Shown: positions 1-14,347, counted from the stretch's first letter. The stretch: DNA of 64,000 bases from Macrostomum lignano (GCA_002269645.1 NIVC01000905.1:248001-312000), one strand, 5' to 3'. The notes: generated by a model from the letters alone, not told the origin. A program made the numbers and translations.

Positions 1-281
1 ACTGCTAGTTCACTCAGTCATAATCTAGACTGCTAGTTCACTCAGTCATAATCTAGACTGCTAGTTCACTCAGTCATAATCTAGACTGCTAGTTCACTCA
101 GTCATAAACTAGACTGCCAGTTCACTCAGTCATAATCTAGACTGCCAGTTCACTCAGTCATAATCTAGACTGCTAGCTCACTCAGTCATAATCTAGAGTG
201 CGAGTTCACTCAGTCATAATCTAGACTGCTAGCTCACTCAGTCATAATCTAGACTGCTAGCTCACTCAGTCATAAACTAGA
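1..281. repeat. 28-bp minisatellite (ACTGCTAGTTCACTCAGTCATAATCTAG)n, intronic to the calmodulin-like gene
   Basis: About 10 near-identical tandem units visible directly. Confidence 0.95.
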
Positions 282-291
282 TTTGGCTCAC

Positions 292-456
292 CTTAAGCTC
301 CTCAGGTGTGGGATTTTGTCCCAGAGCTTGCATGACAACTGCCAACTCCTTGTTCGTGATGGTGCCGTCTCCATCCTTGTCGAATAGTGAGAAGGCCTCA
401 CGGAACTCCTCGATCTGCTCCTCTGTGAGACCGTCCTCCGCCTTGGATGAAGACAT
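292..456 (-). CDS. First coding exon of a calmodulin-like EF-hand protein (rest lies left of the window)
   Basis: ATG at 456, 55 codons [55 protein letters not shown], then GTGAG donor at 291; canonical EF-hand loop [12 protein letters not shown]; several differences from canonical CaM, so no symbol given. Confidence 0.9.
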
Positions 457-490
457 GCTGCATGTGCGAGTGAAGCTGGCGGTTATCGAT

Positions 491-951
<461 letters not shown>

Positions 952-1435
952 CGAGCAAGTGTTTTAAAACATAATTTTATTTACTGAGATTTGCTACAAC
1001 GGACAAAAAAGATTTTATTTCATTGCCACCTGCGGGACAGCAGAGCTAATAAATAACGAATAGATTTAATTAGGCAAGAATCAAGCAAAACCTGCAGTAT
1101 CCTAGCAGACAAGATCAAAGAGAATCCACTGGGAAAAGAGGATGAGCACACCTGAGACTCCCGCTGATTTGCGTCGCGCGACGAGGCGGGTTCTTGGAAA
1201 AAAAGCTGGCTATTCAAAGATTCACAATGCGTGTATGAATACACTCGGAAATTCTGGTGGATAAACCGAGCGGCAGGTATTATTTGACATCCCGGGTTGC
1301 TTTCGCGATGCTAAATATCGTACTTTTTCAGCAAAAATATTTTTAACAGTCTGGCTGCATCTTTCGGTATTTCGAGGCCTGCTCGGAAAAGGATATGTAT
1401 TATTGTTGCTGTATTATTTGGCTGCTAATTAGAAA

Positions 1436-2400
1436 GGTGTATAAGGTGGCTGTTCTAATTGATTACTAATTGACCAGGTGTATTGGTGTGGCTGTTCTAA
1501 TTGATTACTAATTGACCAGGTGTATTGGGGTGGCTGTTCTAATTGATTACTAATTGACCAGGTGTATTGGTGTGGCTGTTCTAATTGATTTCTAATTGAC
1601 CAGGTGCATTGGTGTGGCTGTTCTAATTGATTACTAATTGACCAGGTGTATTGGTGTGGCTGTTCTAATTGATTACTAATTGACCAGGTGTATTGGTGTG
1701 GCTGTTCTAATTGATTACTAATTGACCAGGTGTATTGGTGTGGCTGTTCTAATTGATTACTAATTGACCAGGTGCATTGGTGTGGCTGTTCTAATTGATT
1801 ACTAATTGACCAGGTGTATTGGTGTGGCTGTTCTAATTGATTACTAATTGACCAGGTGCATTGGTGTGGCTGTTCTAATTGATTACTAATTGACCAGGTG
1901 TATTGGTGTGGCTGTTCTAATTGATTACTAATTGACCAGGTGTATTGGTGTGGCTGTTCTAATTGATTACTAATTGACCAGGTGCATTGGTGTGGCTGTT
2001 CTAATTGATTACTAATTGACCAGGTGTATTGGTGTGGCTGTTCTAATTGATTACTAATTGACCAGGTGCATTGGTGTGGCTGTTCTAATTGATTACTAAT
2101 TGACCAGGTGTATTGGTGTGGCTGTTCTAATTGATTATTAATTGACCAGGTGCATTGGTGTGGCTGTTCTAATTGATTATTAATTGACCAGGTGCATTGG
2201 TGTGGCTGTTCTAATTGATTACTAATTGACCAGGTGTATTGGGGTGGCTGTTTTAATTGACTGCTTATTGACCAGGTGTATTGGGGTGGCTGTTTTAATT
2301 GACTGCTTATTGACCAGGTGTATTGGGGTAACTATCTTATTTGATTGCTTTTAGACCAGGTGTATTGGGGTAACTGTTTTATTTGACTGCTAATTGGTCA
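1436..2400. repeat. 42-bp minisatellite (GGTGTATTGGTGTGGCTGTTCTAATTGATTACTAATTGACCA)n
   Basis: About 22 units, degenerating toward the right end. Confidence 0.95.
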
Positions 2401-3704
2401 GGTTTATTAGGTATGGCTATTGAATGATAAAGAAGCCATGTGGTTTAAAAAGTTTTATTTTTAAAATTTTAATTTTCTCTCGTAGTCAAAACATAAACGA
2501 ATTAAAATATTAAAAATTACCTTTACAAATTCGAAGACGCTTCTTGCAACCGGTTTTATACTAACAGACCAGTAGTGCTTTTGACTGCAGCGTATGCCGT
2601 ACTTTGCTACCCACAGCTGTGGTGTCTGCGGATCTAGAAAGATTTGTTAGTTTCGTTTATTCCTTACTTCCGTTTGGGACCAACACCAACACTGTTTGTG
2701 TTGTAATTCCTTTGACTTCTAGCAAGTATTGTATTGGACAGGACGGGGTGCTCAACTCAGAACTGTTGAGTCTGCCGGTTTGCTGGAGCTCTCATTGGAG
2801 CAGCAGCAGCAGCACACCTTTTCTGTCGCTTTAATCCTGGAGTTCCCACCGCCTCCTCCGCCTCCCATGCAGGCCTGTCTCCTGCCTGTCTGCCTCCCCA
2901 ACCTTCCTCCCCCCCCTCCAGTCGACTCTCGCCCCCTCCACCAACAGGGATATTTTTCCGCCCAGCACTATCCCTGGGACAGTCAGCATGGCTGCCATAG
3001 TTATATGGCTCTGAGTATTTGAGCAGAGCAGGGGGGTCTGCATGGCAATTCTGGGGCCGCCGCCCCCGTCTGGCATAACAGGCAGGCGCTCCTCACCTCT
3101 CTGTCCGACAGGCTGCCAGCATGCTGGAGCGGAGGCAGAATGCTGGTAGATAGGGTTGAAGCACAGAAAATTGCTAGATGAGGTGAGCAGTGCTGCTGCG
3201 TCCTGCAGCTGGCCAATGCAACAGCTTTTAAGCCTGTCTGCTACTGACGTGAGGGAATGCATTTTCGGGAATGAAGACTCATTCTGCACTGATCTGCATC
3301 TTTTCTGAGAAATTAAACTATCAAATTTCTTGCTTTTAATCGTCACGGATATTTTTATACGCTATTTTTTATTTCAGTAAGATGCAGACCAACAAGTTAC
3401 GTAAATTTTTTATAACAACTTGGGACAACGTCCAATGCCGGAACAAATCAAATTTGTAAATGAAATGCTTTAAACGTAAATGCTTTTCGACATTTGCGCA
3501 GTTTGTGGAAGTGAAACTTATTTTATTAAGTCATCTTTACAAAGTCATAGTATCACTGACTCACCTGAATGCACAGATTTGAGCATTTCTCGCAGGTGCC
3601 AAACCCGTCCAGTCCGCAAAGCTGCGGGTTTTGGGGATTTCGACATTTGCTGCCAACTGTGCTACTGTTAGTAAGGCTGTAGACTTGGAGTCTAGACAGC
3701 ATTC

Positions 3705-4054
<350 letters not shown>

Positions 4055-4427
4055 ATCCTCCTTCAGGGAGCCCATTGTCTAATACTTCAATGCCTGTATT
4101 CAAGGAGAGGTGTCTGTCACCTCAGCAGCAGTGAATCACCAAAAAGGCATTTGAACAAAAGAATTTCAAATCCTAAAGAAATTCTAGTTTTCACTTTTGT
4201 AGGGCAAACATCTGTCCAATACAGCTGCGAAAAAAGCTGATAAGAAGAAAAAGTTGCAGTTTAGAGTTCCCTACTTCACTGCAAGCAGAGCTTCAGCAGA
4301 CTCATTCTCCAGAGCTTTGTTCTCCGTCGCCCAGCAACCCAGCTTCAACACAAAATTTAACCAGTTTCTGCCCGCTCTTGCCTCCCAACTTTTTTCCTCC
4401 CAGTTCTCCAAAGCAGCTGTAGTGTAA

Positions 4428-6295
4428 ATGGCGATGGCTCAAGCATTGACTTACAGTTTCATCTGCGCTGTCATGGCGACTGCTGCGGCTGCAGGCTTCG
4501 GCTGGAAGCGCCAGCGAGGCGACCTCGCCGAGTACCGGGTGCTGGCGGTGAAGCAGGCCAGCAGCGACATTCACTGTACTGCGGTCGCTGAGAACGTGGA
4601 CGCCGTCCGCTTCGACGCGGCCTCGGGCTCCTGCTCGCTGCTGGCCTGCGATCGGGGAGCGATGGACGCCTGCAGGAAGTGCCGGCACGCCAGCGACTCC
4701 AGCCTGTCTCAGCTGTGGGTGAGTGAGATGAAATATCCGAGGGTCAAGTCTCAGATTTAATAAAGTACTGTCTCACAGTCTCGGGTCAGATAGCAGCAAC
4801 AATGCTCAGGATGCCAGTTGACTCATGCTTTTGGGTCATTTCAATGTTGAGCATGGCTGACCTTTGTCAACAGGACAACCAGCTGGTCACGCAGTCAAGA
4901 ATATTAAAAACGACAATTGTGTCCCCTGAAGAAGACAAGATGATGTCTCAACAAAAATACAAGAAAACTTGCTGGCCTTAAAAGCCTGAAAAGAGTAACA
5001 GCGTCGCAGAAAAACAGCCTGTCCTCTCGACTGTCCTCGACGGTTGATTGTAGTACGAGCGTACAACTCGTTGCGAATGAGCAACAGGTACATGTCGGTT
5101 GGAGAGGCCATAGTCTGGCACGTGAGAAACTCGCTAGTGGTCTTGAAAGCGGCTCACAGTAGGCCAGACAGCCCCGTCAACTTACTGATCGGGCGATTCC
5201 GCCAGCGTCCGGGTCTCGCAATTGCAGATTCGGTGCGGTCTCGAACCCCCGCCTGGAACAACGCCAGCCTCTGACGGTCTGGTAGGGCCTTTGAAGTAAA
5301 AAGTGCGCGCATGTAGTCGAAGTACCTGAGCAAGGTTGCGAATAGCAGAGCAGCTCAGCGGTAAACGCGGCTGGCTCTCGCGCCACACGACCCGTGCACG
5401 AAAATTGGCCGTCGGTTTCGTCGGGCGATTTACAGCCATGCGGACAACTCCAAGACGCAGAGACTGTAGATGGCTGACGATTAGAAAGTCAGGGCCGATG
5501 TGCACCCTGTATGAGCGTGCTTACGGTATTGGCACGCTTGCATGTGCTCGGGAGTCAACGGAATGGGCAGAATAGCCTCAGCGCAGGATGTCGTGGGACG
5601 ATGTCGCCCTCCTAGAAACTATTATCTATTATATAAAGCCAAAGTGCGCTTGAACACTTCTAAAGTGAGGATTGCGTTTGATCTGGAGAAACAAATGCAG
5701 AACTTTTGCGCCCCTGCAGATGAGGGAGCCGGTGAAGTGCTGGACGACCTTACAGCACCGAGTCGACGGCTCCGTCAGCTTCAACCGAAGCTGGGCGGAG
5801 TACGCGAGCGGATTCGGTCAGGGTGAGAGTCTCAACTACTGGATGGGACTGAAGCAGCTCCACCAGCTCACCGCTACCGGAGTGTGGAGAGTCCGCTGGG
5901 AGTTCAGCGACTGGAACGGCACCTGGTACTGGGCTGAGAATGCTCCGTTCTCTGTTGGCCCAGCGAGCGACAAGTTCAGGTGCTCGATGGGACCTCTGGA
6001 CGCGAGCAGGTCGAGTGTCGGGCAGCGTACTGAGCAGCACTGGTCTCCGAACAACTGGCAGTTCAGCACGCTTGAATCGGACAATGACAACTGGAGCGGT
6101 GGCAGCTGCGCCCGAGATAGATCAGGTGGCTGGTGGTTCGGCTGGTGCAACTTCATCAATCCTAACGGTGTTTACCTGCTCCCACCTGCTGCACTGAATA
6201 ACACAGGCATCTTCTATTACCTGGTGGAGACGGTTGGTAGTGCGCTCAAACTGGATTACTCTATGAAGACCTTTGAGTGCATGCTTTGGCAGTGA
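4428..6295 (+). CDS. Secreted fibrinogen-related protein (signal peptide + PAN/apple-like segment + fibrinogen C-terminal domain), ~288 aa
   Basis: Exons 4428-4718 (TGG|GTGAGT) and 5720-6295 (CCCCTGCAG|ATG), both phase 0. FReD motifs WTTLQHRVDGSVSFNRSWAEYASGFG, YWMGLKQLHQLT, FSTLESDNDNW, CARDRSGGWWFGWC, NPNG. Hydrophobic N-terminus; AVRFDAASGSCSLL is PAN-like. Confidence 0.88.
5050..5610 (-). mobile_element. Degenerate RTE-like non-LTR retrotransposon fragment in the FReD intron
   Basis: Minus frame FDYMRALFTSKALPDRQRLALFQAGV resembles the post-RT region of RTE LINEs (compare 28400-28530); frameshifts and stops. Confidence 0.45.
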
Positions 6296-6851
6296 GATTA
6301 TAATTGCATATAAATTTTTTCTAGAAGCCTAGACGCACCCAAACTTAGAAACTAGCACCTTTTGATGATGACTCCAAGTAAAAATGATGGCGCATCAAAA
6401 TTTGAGCACCACCCTACTTTTTGAGTCGTATTCTATCCTGTACTTTAACTATACGGTACAACACTAACCAAGCCAAACCTTTCTTTAACTGCTACTTGAG
6501 CTCTATATGAGGAAACAATTCCACGAACTCGTACTGAGCTATCTGTATCTCCCAATCCTACCAGATACTAAACTTTAGTATCTATAGTATAAAGCACCTT
6601 AAGTCTAAAAAATGTGCCTTTTTCGTGATTTACATTTGGAAAACGAAAACCTTTTGATTAAACATAGCAATTGCACCAGTGCTTTGTTTTTCTTGGAAAG
6701 CAACCAGAACTACAGGACTATTTTTGTGCTTTTTATTTGATTTTTTTTACTGGATAGGATTAGGTTAAATAATTTAGCTATATAGATTAAAGTTTAGGTT
6801 TAGGTGTTTAGTTACGGGCAGGGGCTGCGTGCACCCTGGCACACTTTAAGC

Positions 6852-6975
6852 GACATTGTCACACAACCGGCGAGTCATTGCTGCCCATTACGCCGACTCC
6901 CCTGAGCAGGCACACAGGCGCGCGGATACTTACGCAGTCATACGCACAGGCACACACTCACACAGGAGTGTACAG
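6852..6975 (+). repeat. Interspersed repeat, second copy inverted at 44619-44744
   Basis: GACATTGTCACACAACCGG...ACTCCCCTGAGCAGGCACACA..GCGCGCGGATAC shared between the two loci. Confidence 0.8.
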
Positions 6976-7889
6976 TCGAACTTTATGTATCGTTAGGCAT
7001 GTACACTTCACTGTGCCTTGGACGTTGGCCCTCAAGGGCGTTCATTGCACGAGCAGAGCCAAGCCGAGATTCCAGTTTAGCCCCAAGTCGATGTGACTGC
7101 ACTCGGTGTAGAGATCTCTCTTCTAGTTGGTGAGCAGACTACTAAAAGTAGTAAGATAAAAACATGAATACTTTTTAAAAACTAACATTCGTCATACTCT
7201 ATTTTCAGTAATACCTGCAATATCACGTAAACAGAGAGTGATCTTATACATAATCCGAAAAACCGGTTTTCAACCTATATTTCCAAATATGGTAAATGTC
7301 GATTTAAATGCGACCTAAGCTTCACCCCTAATCTATTCAAAACTCCACCGGTCAAGGGACAAAGTCCATTTCTTGATTCTTATCAATAAAACCGGTTTGG
7401 GACTCAAGGTCGAATGAAATCGTGTATAAATACAAGCGAAAATCCGAGCTGAAACTTCAGAGTCGGAGCAGCCTTAAGAAATCTTGGGCTTAGCCAGAGC
7501 TACCAAGCAAGGCTTTACGAGTATATCTGAGAGAGACAAACACTAATTGGTAAGTCTTTGTTATTTGAGTCTTTGTTACTTCATTATTGAGAGCTGTGTC
7601 ATTGCCGGCCGTTACTGATCAGTCGATTTTATTGAGTTATTGAATTTGAGGCCTCCCTATTCCTAAGGGATTGGATAGGATCAGCGGACCGATTCCGATA
7701 CTCTTAGATGATTATTGGTTGATTGATTTTGGTATCAATCCATTGATCAATCCATCAATCCAGCTAAGTGCTAACTAGCTATTCAGCAGCATTCACTTGC
7801 TTTTCCTAAGGGCGCTGTGATCCGCTGCACAGTAGCTCAGTCCACCTGATCTAAAGAGAGAGTTACCCTGTGCTGGGCCTAAGTGTTTA

Positions 7890-8285
7890 CTGCCCGATGA
7901 CTCATCGCCTGAGCAGGCGTGGGCAGCCACACTCAATGTCTTCCCACTCGCGCTGCGAGGCGTAGCTGGATGACTCATCACCTGCGCGGAGTGTAATGGC
8001 TGCCTAGAGGGAGTAAACAAGATGACTCATCCGCCCAAGTTCTATTTTTAGCACAGAAAAGCACGTGACTGTGCACGCACACTGTGCGTGGCCACTGACC
8101 TTAAGTCACGCCACTGCCGCGTGACAGGGTTGCCTTATTTGGAAGTTGGCCTTGAATCACGCGTCGCTTGCATGATTTCAATGCCCAAATAAGGAAGTTT
8201 CACGCGCTCACCGCATGAAACTCACGTGACTTTTGGGGGTCCGCTCGGCTATAAAGACGGAGCATCTGGGAGCCATTTTTCTCCA
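7890..8285 (+). promoter_or_regulatory. Pol II promoter/enhancer: 3 AP-1 sites, 2 CArG boxes, E-box, TATA
   Basis: GATGACTCATC with TGACTCA cores at 7898, 7971, 8023; CCTTATTTGG 8133-8142 and CCAAATAAGG 8185-8194; TCACGTGA ~8222; TATAAAG 8250; AATAAA at ~9203; no downstream ORF found. Confidence 0.55.
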
Positions 8286-9215
8286 GACTGCGTCGTCTCG
8301 CGGAGCATCGTGGCTGACTCGTGAAGCCTCCTCCGAGCTCTCCTCTCTCATTTCAGGTTTTTCAGGTTTTCAGGTTCGAGCAGCATTCTACTAAGACGAT
8401 CGACTGTCGAGACATTTTCAGATTTGCCTTTGCTCCGAGCGACTTTCTAATTTTTCTTTCAGGTGACGGATAGACAACTCTGCCGACGCGTCGAGTCCAC
8501 ACACCAAGGTGGCAGCAACCCTACCAAGTCACGGCTAACGTTTTAGGTTCATTTTCAGGCAAATCGATAGGTAGTACAGCGGTGCTATCTAGCTACTTCA
8601 GGAGCAGCGGGTTCTATTTTTAGGAACATCTTCAAGAACCCGAGAAGGACATTTATGTACGGGTTTGTGCCGCCAGTACAAACCGGCTTTAGTCAGCCAG
8701 CCCAGCTTGGCCTTGGGGTGGGTGTTGGTTGGGGGGTGGTTGCTCTGTGTGCTTATACTGTATAAGCCGGCGGTGGTTCTTTTGGGGGCGGCTGTTCGGC
8801 TGTCCCCTTGTTCTTTGCTGGGCGCAGCGGACTAACTGCTGATTGTGCTACTTTAAGTAAGACATCGGGTTATGGTCTTTAAGTCTAGTTCTCGTTTTCC
8901 AAATGTAAAGTTGGAGAAGTTTATTTAATGCTATGATTTGGAGAAACAGTTAGTTAAGAATTAGCTCATAGAATTGTTTTCTACTCGTAATAAAGGTCAA
9001 GAAAGGTTTGACTTGGTTACTGTTGTACCGCATAGCTATAATACAGGAAATCATACGGACTCAAAAGCTATATTGTGGTCAAATTTAGATGCTCTATTAT
9101 TGTATCTAGAGTCATCAGGTGTGCTACGAGCGTATCTTCAAAGGTGCGGTGCATCTTGACTTCTTGTGGAAATCGAAGAATTAAATCGTAAATCTGAACT
9201 TCAATAAACTACAAA

Positions 9216-9471
<256 letters not shown>

Positions 9472-10020
9472 CTTTGATACTAAAGAATCATATGCCAGAT
9501 TCAGAATGATGGCATATGCTCAATAAACTACTACCTCGTACTCAACTAGTAGTAAATACGTCACCAGTTAAACTAGTCTAACATGGGACTAAAGTCTTGC
9601 TTATAGGTCACGACTAATTTTAGATGACTCTACAATACAATGCAATGGTGCTGTTTTGACAATTTACATAGTATAGCCTGAAAATTGTCCATTATGTTGG
9701 GACTTTCTGACTGCAGGATCGGGGGGAGTACACAGATGCACCATATGGACGCTTCAAGGCACTGCCGCAAGTTCTTAATTAGGTTATTGCGATATGTACG
9801 AGCGTATATAAAGAATCTTAAAAGAATTATTTTGTATGAAAAACACTTTTTAAACTTTCCGTGACTATGAGTATGAGCATCTACGAGTAGGTAAGTTTAT
9901 ACTGACACATGCATGTGCACTATGGGCTAATGTGATGAGGACACCTAGAAGAAATGCTGAAGAGACATCAAAGACATCAAAGACATCATAAAAGCAAATA
10001 AAAAGACACTGAGGACATCA

Positions 10021-11085
10021 ATATTTCATATATTGAGCACACATTCAATCGACATAAAAGACACTGACGACATACCAATATGCCATACATGTATATTGGG
10101 CACACATTCAATCGACATAAAAGACACTGACGACATACCAATATGCCATATATTGAGCACACATTCAATCAACATCAGAGACACACTGAGCACAGATCAA
10201 TGCCATATTGAGCACACATTCAATCAACATCAAAGACACACTGAGCACAGATCAATATGCCATATATTGAGCACACATTCAATCAACATCAGAGACACAC
10301 TGAGCACAGATCAATGCCATATTGAGCACACATTCAATCAACATCAAAGACACACTGAGCACAGATCAATATGCCATATATTGAGCACACATTCAATCAA
10401 CATCAAAGACACACTGAGCACAGATCAATGCCATATTGAGCACACATTCAATCAACATCAAAGACACACTGAGCACAGATCAATATGCCATATATTGAGC
10501 ACACATTCAATCAACATCAGAGACACACTGAGCACAGATCAATGCCATATTGAGCACACATTCAATCAACATCAAAGACACACTGAGCACAGATCAATAT
10601 GCCATATATTGAGCACACATTCAATCAACATCAAAGACACACTGAGCACAGATCAATGCCATATTGAGCACACATTCAATCAACATCAAAGACACACTGA
10701 GCACAGATCAATATGCCATATATTGAGCACACATTCAATCAACATCAGAGACACACTGAGCACAGATCAATGCCATATTGAGCACACATTCAATCAACAT
10801 CAAAGACACACTGAGCACAGATCAATATGCCATATATTGAGCACACATTCAATCAACATCAAAGACACACTGAGCACAGATCAATATGCCATATATTGAG
10901 CACACATTCAATCAACATCAGAGACACACTGAGCACAGATCAATGCCATATTGAGCACACATTCAATCAACATCAAAGACACACTGAGGACAGATCAATA
11001 CCATATTGAGCACACATTTACGCAACATCAAAGACACACTGGGGTCAGATCAATGCCATATTGAGCACACATTTACGCAACATCA
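10021..11085. repeat. Dimeric minisatellite: alternating 55-bp and 59-bp units (114-bp higher-order repeat)
   Basis: TTGAGCACACATTCAATCAACATCA(G/A)AGACACACTGAGCACAGATCAAT(AT)GCCATA(TA) units alternate. Confidence 0.93.
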
Positions 11086-11589
11086 GACACATTGATAACG
11101 CCTAAAAAGAAGAATACTGAGGAATGCTAGAAAGAAATCGCAAAGACAAAAAAGAAGACACATTATAGAGGAGCTTTGAAGATGCATCGCCGATCCATGT
11201 TTAAGACACATTTAACACCCATTCGGCATCGATAAAGCTTACATATGGATTTAGATATTTACGAAAACGCTATAAATTAAAGTTTAACAGTACAAAGCAT
11301 TAGACATATTCTATACCAGGCGAATGCGCCATGGCTAAAATTAGAACGGGGAACCACCCCTTGCCCTATACGAAGGAGCTACTCTCTGTCCCTTGGTGGG
11401 TAAAATGTTCATAGTGTCGGAGTCACAGCTGTGCCATTGCTGTACAAGGGCGCACAATAGTATAGCAGTGGTTTAGACCAAAACTTAGTACGATAGACTA
11501 GGCATTCCACTCCCACTTTTCGGGGGAGGGTGCAAGTGTGGTCACGAGGCAAAATTTAAATCAAATTTAACACTTTAACAGCTGTTGAT

Positions 11590-12000
11590 AATGCATGAGA
11601 GAGTGACTGCGTGAGCGAGTGACTGTATGAGTGAGTGACTGCATGAGAGAGTGACTGCATGAAGGAGTGACTGCATGAGTGAGTGACTGCATGAGTGAGT
11701 GACTGCATGAGTGAGTGACTGCATGAGTGAGTGACTGCATGAGTGAGTGACTGCATGAGTGAGTGACTGCATGAGTGAGTGACTGCATGAGAGAGTGACT
11801 GCATGAAGGAGTGACTGCGTGAGCGAGTGACTGTATGAGTGAGTGACTGCATGAGAGAGTGACTACATGAAGGAGTGACTGCATGAGTGAGTGACTGCAT
11901 GAGTGAGTGACTGCATGAGTGAGTGACTGCATGAGTGAGTGACTGCATGAGTGAGTGACTGCATGAGTGAGTGACTGCATGAGTGAGTGATTGAATGAGT
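11590..12000. repeat. 16-bp minisatellite (GAGTGACTGCATGAGT)n
   Basis: Direct observation; variant block repeated at ~192-bp spacing. Confidence 0.95.
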
Positions 12001-12130
12001 GTGCTACACGTAGCTTAGCTTTCTTCAACTTAATAAAATTTCACAAAAACTTCTAAGTCACTGAAATCGTTTCAGTGCCACATCAGCAAGTTTGACTCTG
12101 ATAGGAATTCCCAAATCTATTTTTATTATA

Positions 12131-14347
12131 TGATGTAACCGCCCTTGTCGCCTGTCCGCTCCGTAGAGAGACGAACGCATGGCTAGAGGGGGCAATGACC
12201 GTAGGCTGCCTAGGACCGGGCAATGACCTGACGGACCTCCAGCACCAGACTGTCCCGCCCACATGATTAGTAGCTTTGGTAGCGCTTCGTGACCAGAGGG
12301 CCAAGGACCCACATGGACCCCATCTGTAGCCAAGGTGCAATAGTTGGTCACTCGGTCATGGTATGACCGAGTGGCTGCCACCACTCTATGTGACCTGGCG
12401 CACCTGGATCTTTCTACCAGACCTCTCGAGGCTAGAGCCCCGCCTGGATTGGTTACCAGGGGATTTAGGCTAACAGGGGAGACGCATGCAGCCGAGTACA
12501 GGGACTCTGCTTGGGGCATGATCGGGAACTCTGGGCTCAATCCTGGAGGATTTCTCAGCAGGGGATCCTTTGTGGCTGTGAGCGAGGCTGACTTGCGACT
12601 TTGATTACTAAGAGTAGTATGAGGCGAACATGTACTATCTACAGTTTAGATTGCTCAGGGCGAAGGGACGCGTTAGCATGGAGTTGCAACCTTCCTACTG
12701 CCATTCTGTGCCAAGACTCGCTAATCCCTCTACTGCACGCACACGCGGCCCCGCAGCACGCACTCACAGGCGGGCTGTGCACGGGGAGAGGCCATTAGCT
12801 TACCCAAACTTCCTTATGCTTTGCCACCCGGGGAAAGGCTTAGCAAGCCATGAGTGAAATGATGGTGAAAGATTGAATAATGATGAAGTTAGTTAATAGT
12901 TAATAATTAGGCCCTTAGGCAAATAAGCAGGCAATTAGGCGGCTTCACTATTGAGTAAAATACAGCAAAAGATACGGTATCACAATTGGCTCAGCTCTCT
13001 AATCAGACAATGGAAAATAGGCAAACCCCGGATAAGCAAAGGCAATTAGAGCACAAATTAGTAGCAGGAACTTACCGGCAGCTGCACAGAGAGAGAGAGA
13101 GGCGGAGTGACCGAGGGCGGCTGTAGGCTGCAGTCAGGCAGACGGTGAAGCGGCGATGCGCTGGAGCGACGAGGCGCTGATGTAGATCAGGCGATGCTGA
13201 TGATGCTGGGCGGTATCAGACCGCTGGCCGATAGGCGAGCTCACTTGGGGAGCTAAGGATAACTTGGCGGTAACAGACCGCGGACCGGCAGGGATTCGTC
13301 TTATAGACGAATGGGTCAGAACTCAATCTGACAGCAAGTCCAAAGAAGGACGAGGAGAGGAACAGAGATAAACTCAGTTGAGTATTCTCATGCCGAAATC
13401 GCTTCCTTTTATAGACCTCACAGCCGCCTCCTCAAGGTCGTTACCATGGCTCCCTCTCTCTGATTGGCTGCCGGCAGAATGACGTCAGAATGAGTCATGA
13501 TGAGAAGCATGAGACCGGCATAGCAACATGAGAAATGGGAAAATTGCGCAATCCGGAGGTGGGGTGGGGGGATAATTGGCGCAGCGGGTGGTCGCGAAAG
13601 TGTTGCGCAAGCAAACATTGAGAACAATAGGGCTGGGGTCGAGAACAAAGGAATTGGAAATCGGGGATAATTGGGGAAAACTGAGAACAATGGAAAAGTA
13701 AACATTGGAGAAAAGGTGATAACTAGGTGCGAAAACGAGAACAAAAGAAAGAGAAAATCGGAGAAAATGTGATAATTGGTGGGGGTCGAGAGAACAAAAG
13801 AAGCAAAAACGAGAACAATAGAAGCGGAGGTGGGGTGGGTGTCACATGAGAAATTTGGGAAGGAGAACAATAGCGTGAGAAAAGGTTGCGCAAGAGAGGG
13901 GGATGAGTCATCGATGAGTCACCGAGGGGGAGAAGGGGTCACACGACTTGCGTCACCGTTTGGGAGTTTGAGAGGGGATGGGGAGACGGTGAGCACACAA
14001 AGTACTGTAAGTAGGCACAGGGAAAGAGGGGACAGCGCAGGAAAAGAGTGCAGAGGGAGACAAAAAAAAGGGAGGAGGTAGAGAAAGTACAGGAAGAATA
14101 GGGCGGGAACAGAAGAGATAGGGTAGAGGGGGAGGTACAGAAAGGGGTAGGGGCTCCGGAAAGGCAGGTTTGGCGGCAGGAGAGACGGGACCAAGGCAGC
14201 AGGAGGGGTGCAGCAGAGCGGGAGTCTCCAGGCCCGGTCGGAGACCTGGCCGAGTCTCGACAGCTCTGTGCAGAGGGTGCACGGGATAGGAGGCACTTTC
14301 GAAAAAGTTCCCATGCCCTATCCCGCGACCAGAGCGTGGTTACATCA
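12131..14347 (-). mobile_element. 2.2-kb solo-LTR-like insertion
   Basis: Termini TGATGTAACC...GGTTACATCA (10-bp perfect inverted repeat, TG..CA); TATA target duplication at 12127-12130 and 14348-14351; paralogous empty site at ~15960-16030; minus-strand TATAAAAG (13406-13413) and CCAAT (13463-13467). Confidence 0.8.

Noticed and set aside
2729-3346. Pro-rich and overlapping ORFs in a GC-rich patch
   Set aside because: No recognisable domain and no consistent splice model; may be an exon but unsupported
3567-3677. Exon-like minus-strand segment ending CAG|GTGAGT with Cys residues (CEKC)
   Set aside because: Two frames are open, the Cys frame ends in phase 0 unlike the CCH family, and no partner exons were found
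10033-10899. 288-aa His-rich ORF
   Set aside because: By-product of the 114-bp satellite dimer being a multiple of 3
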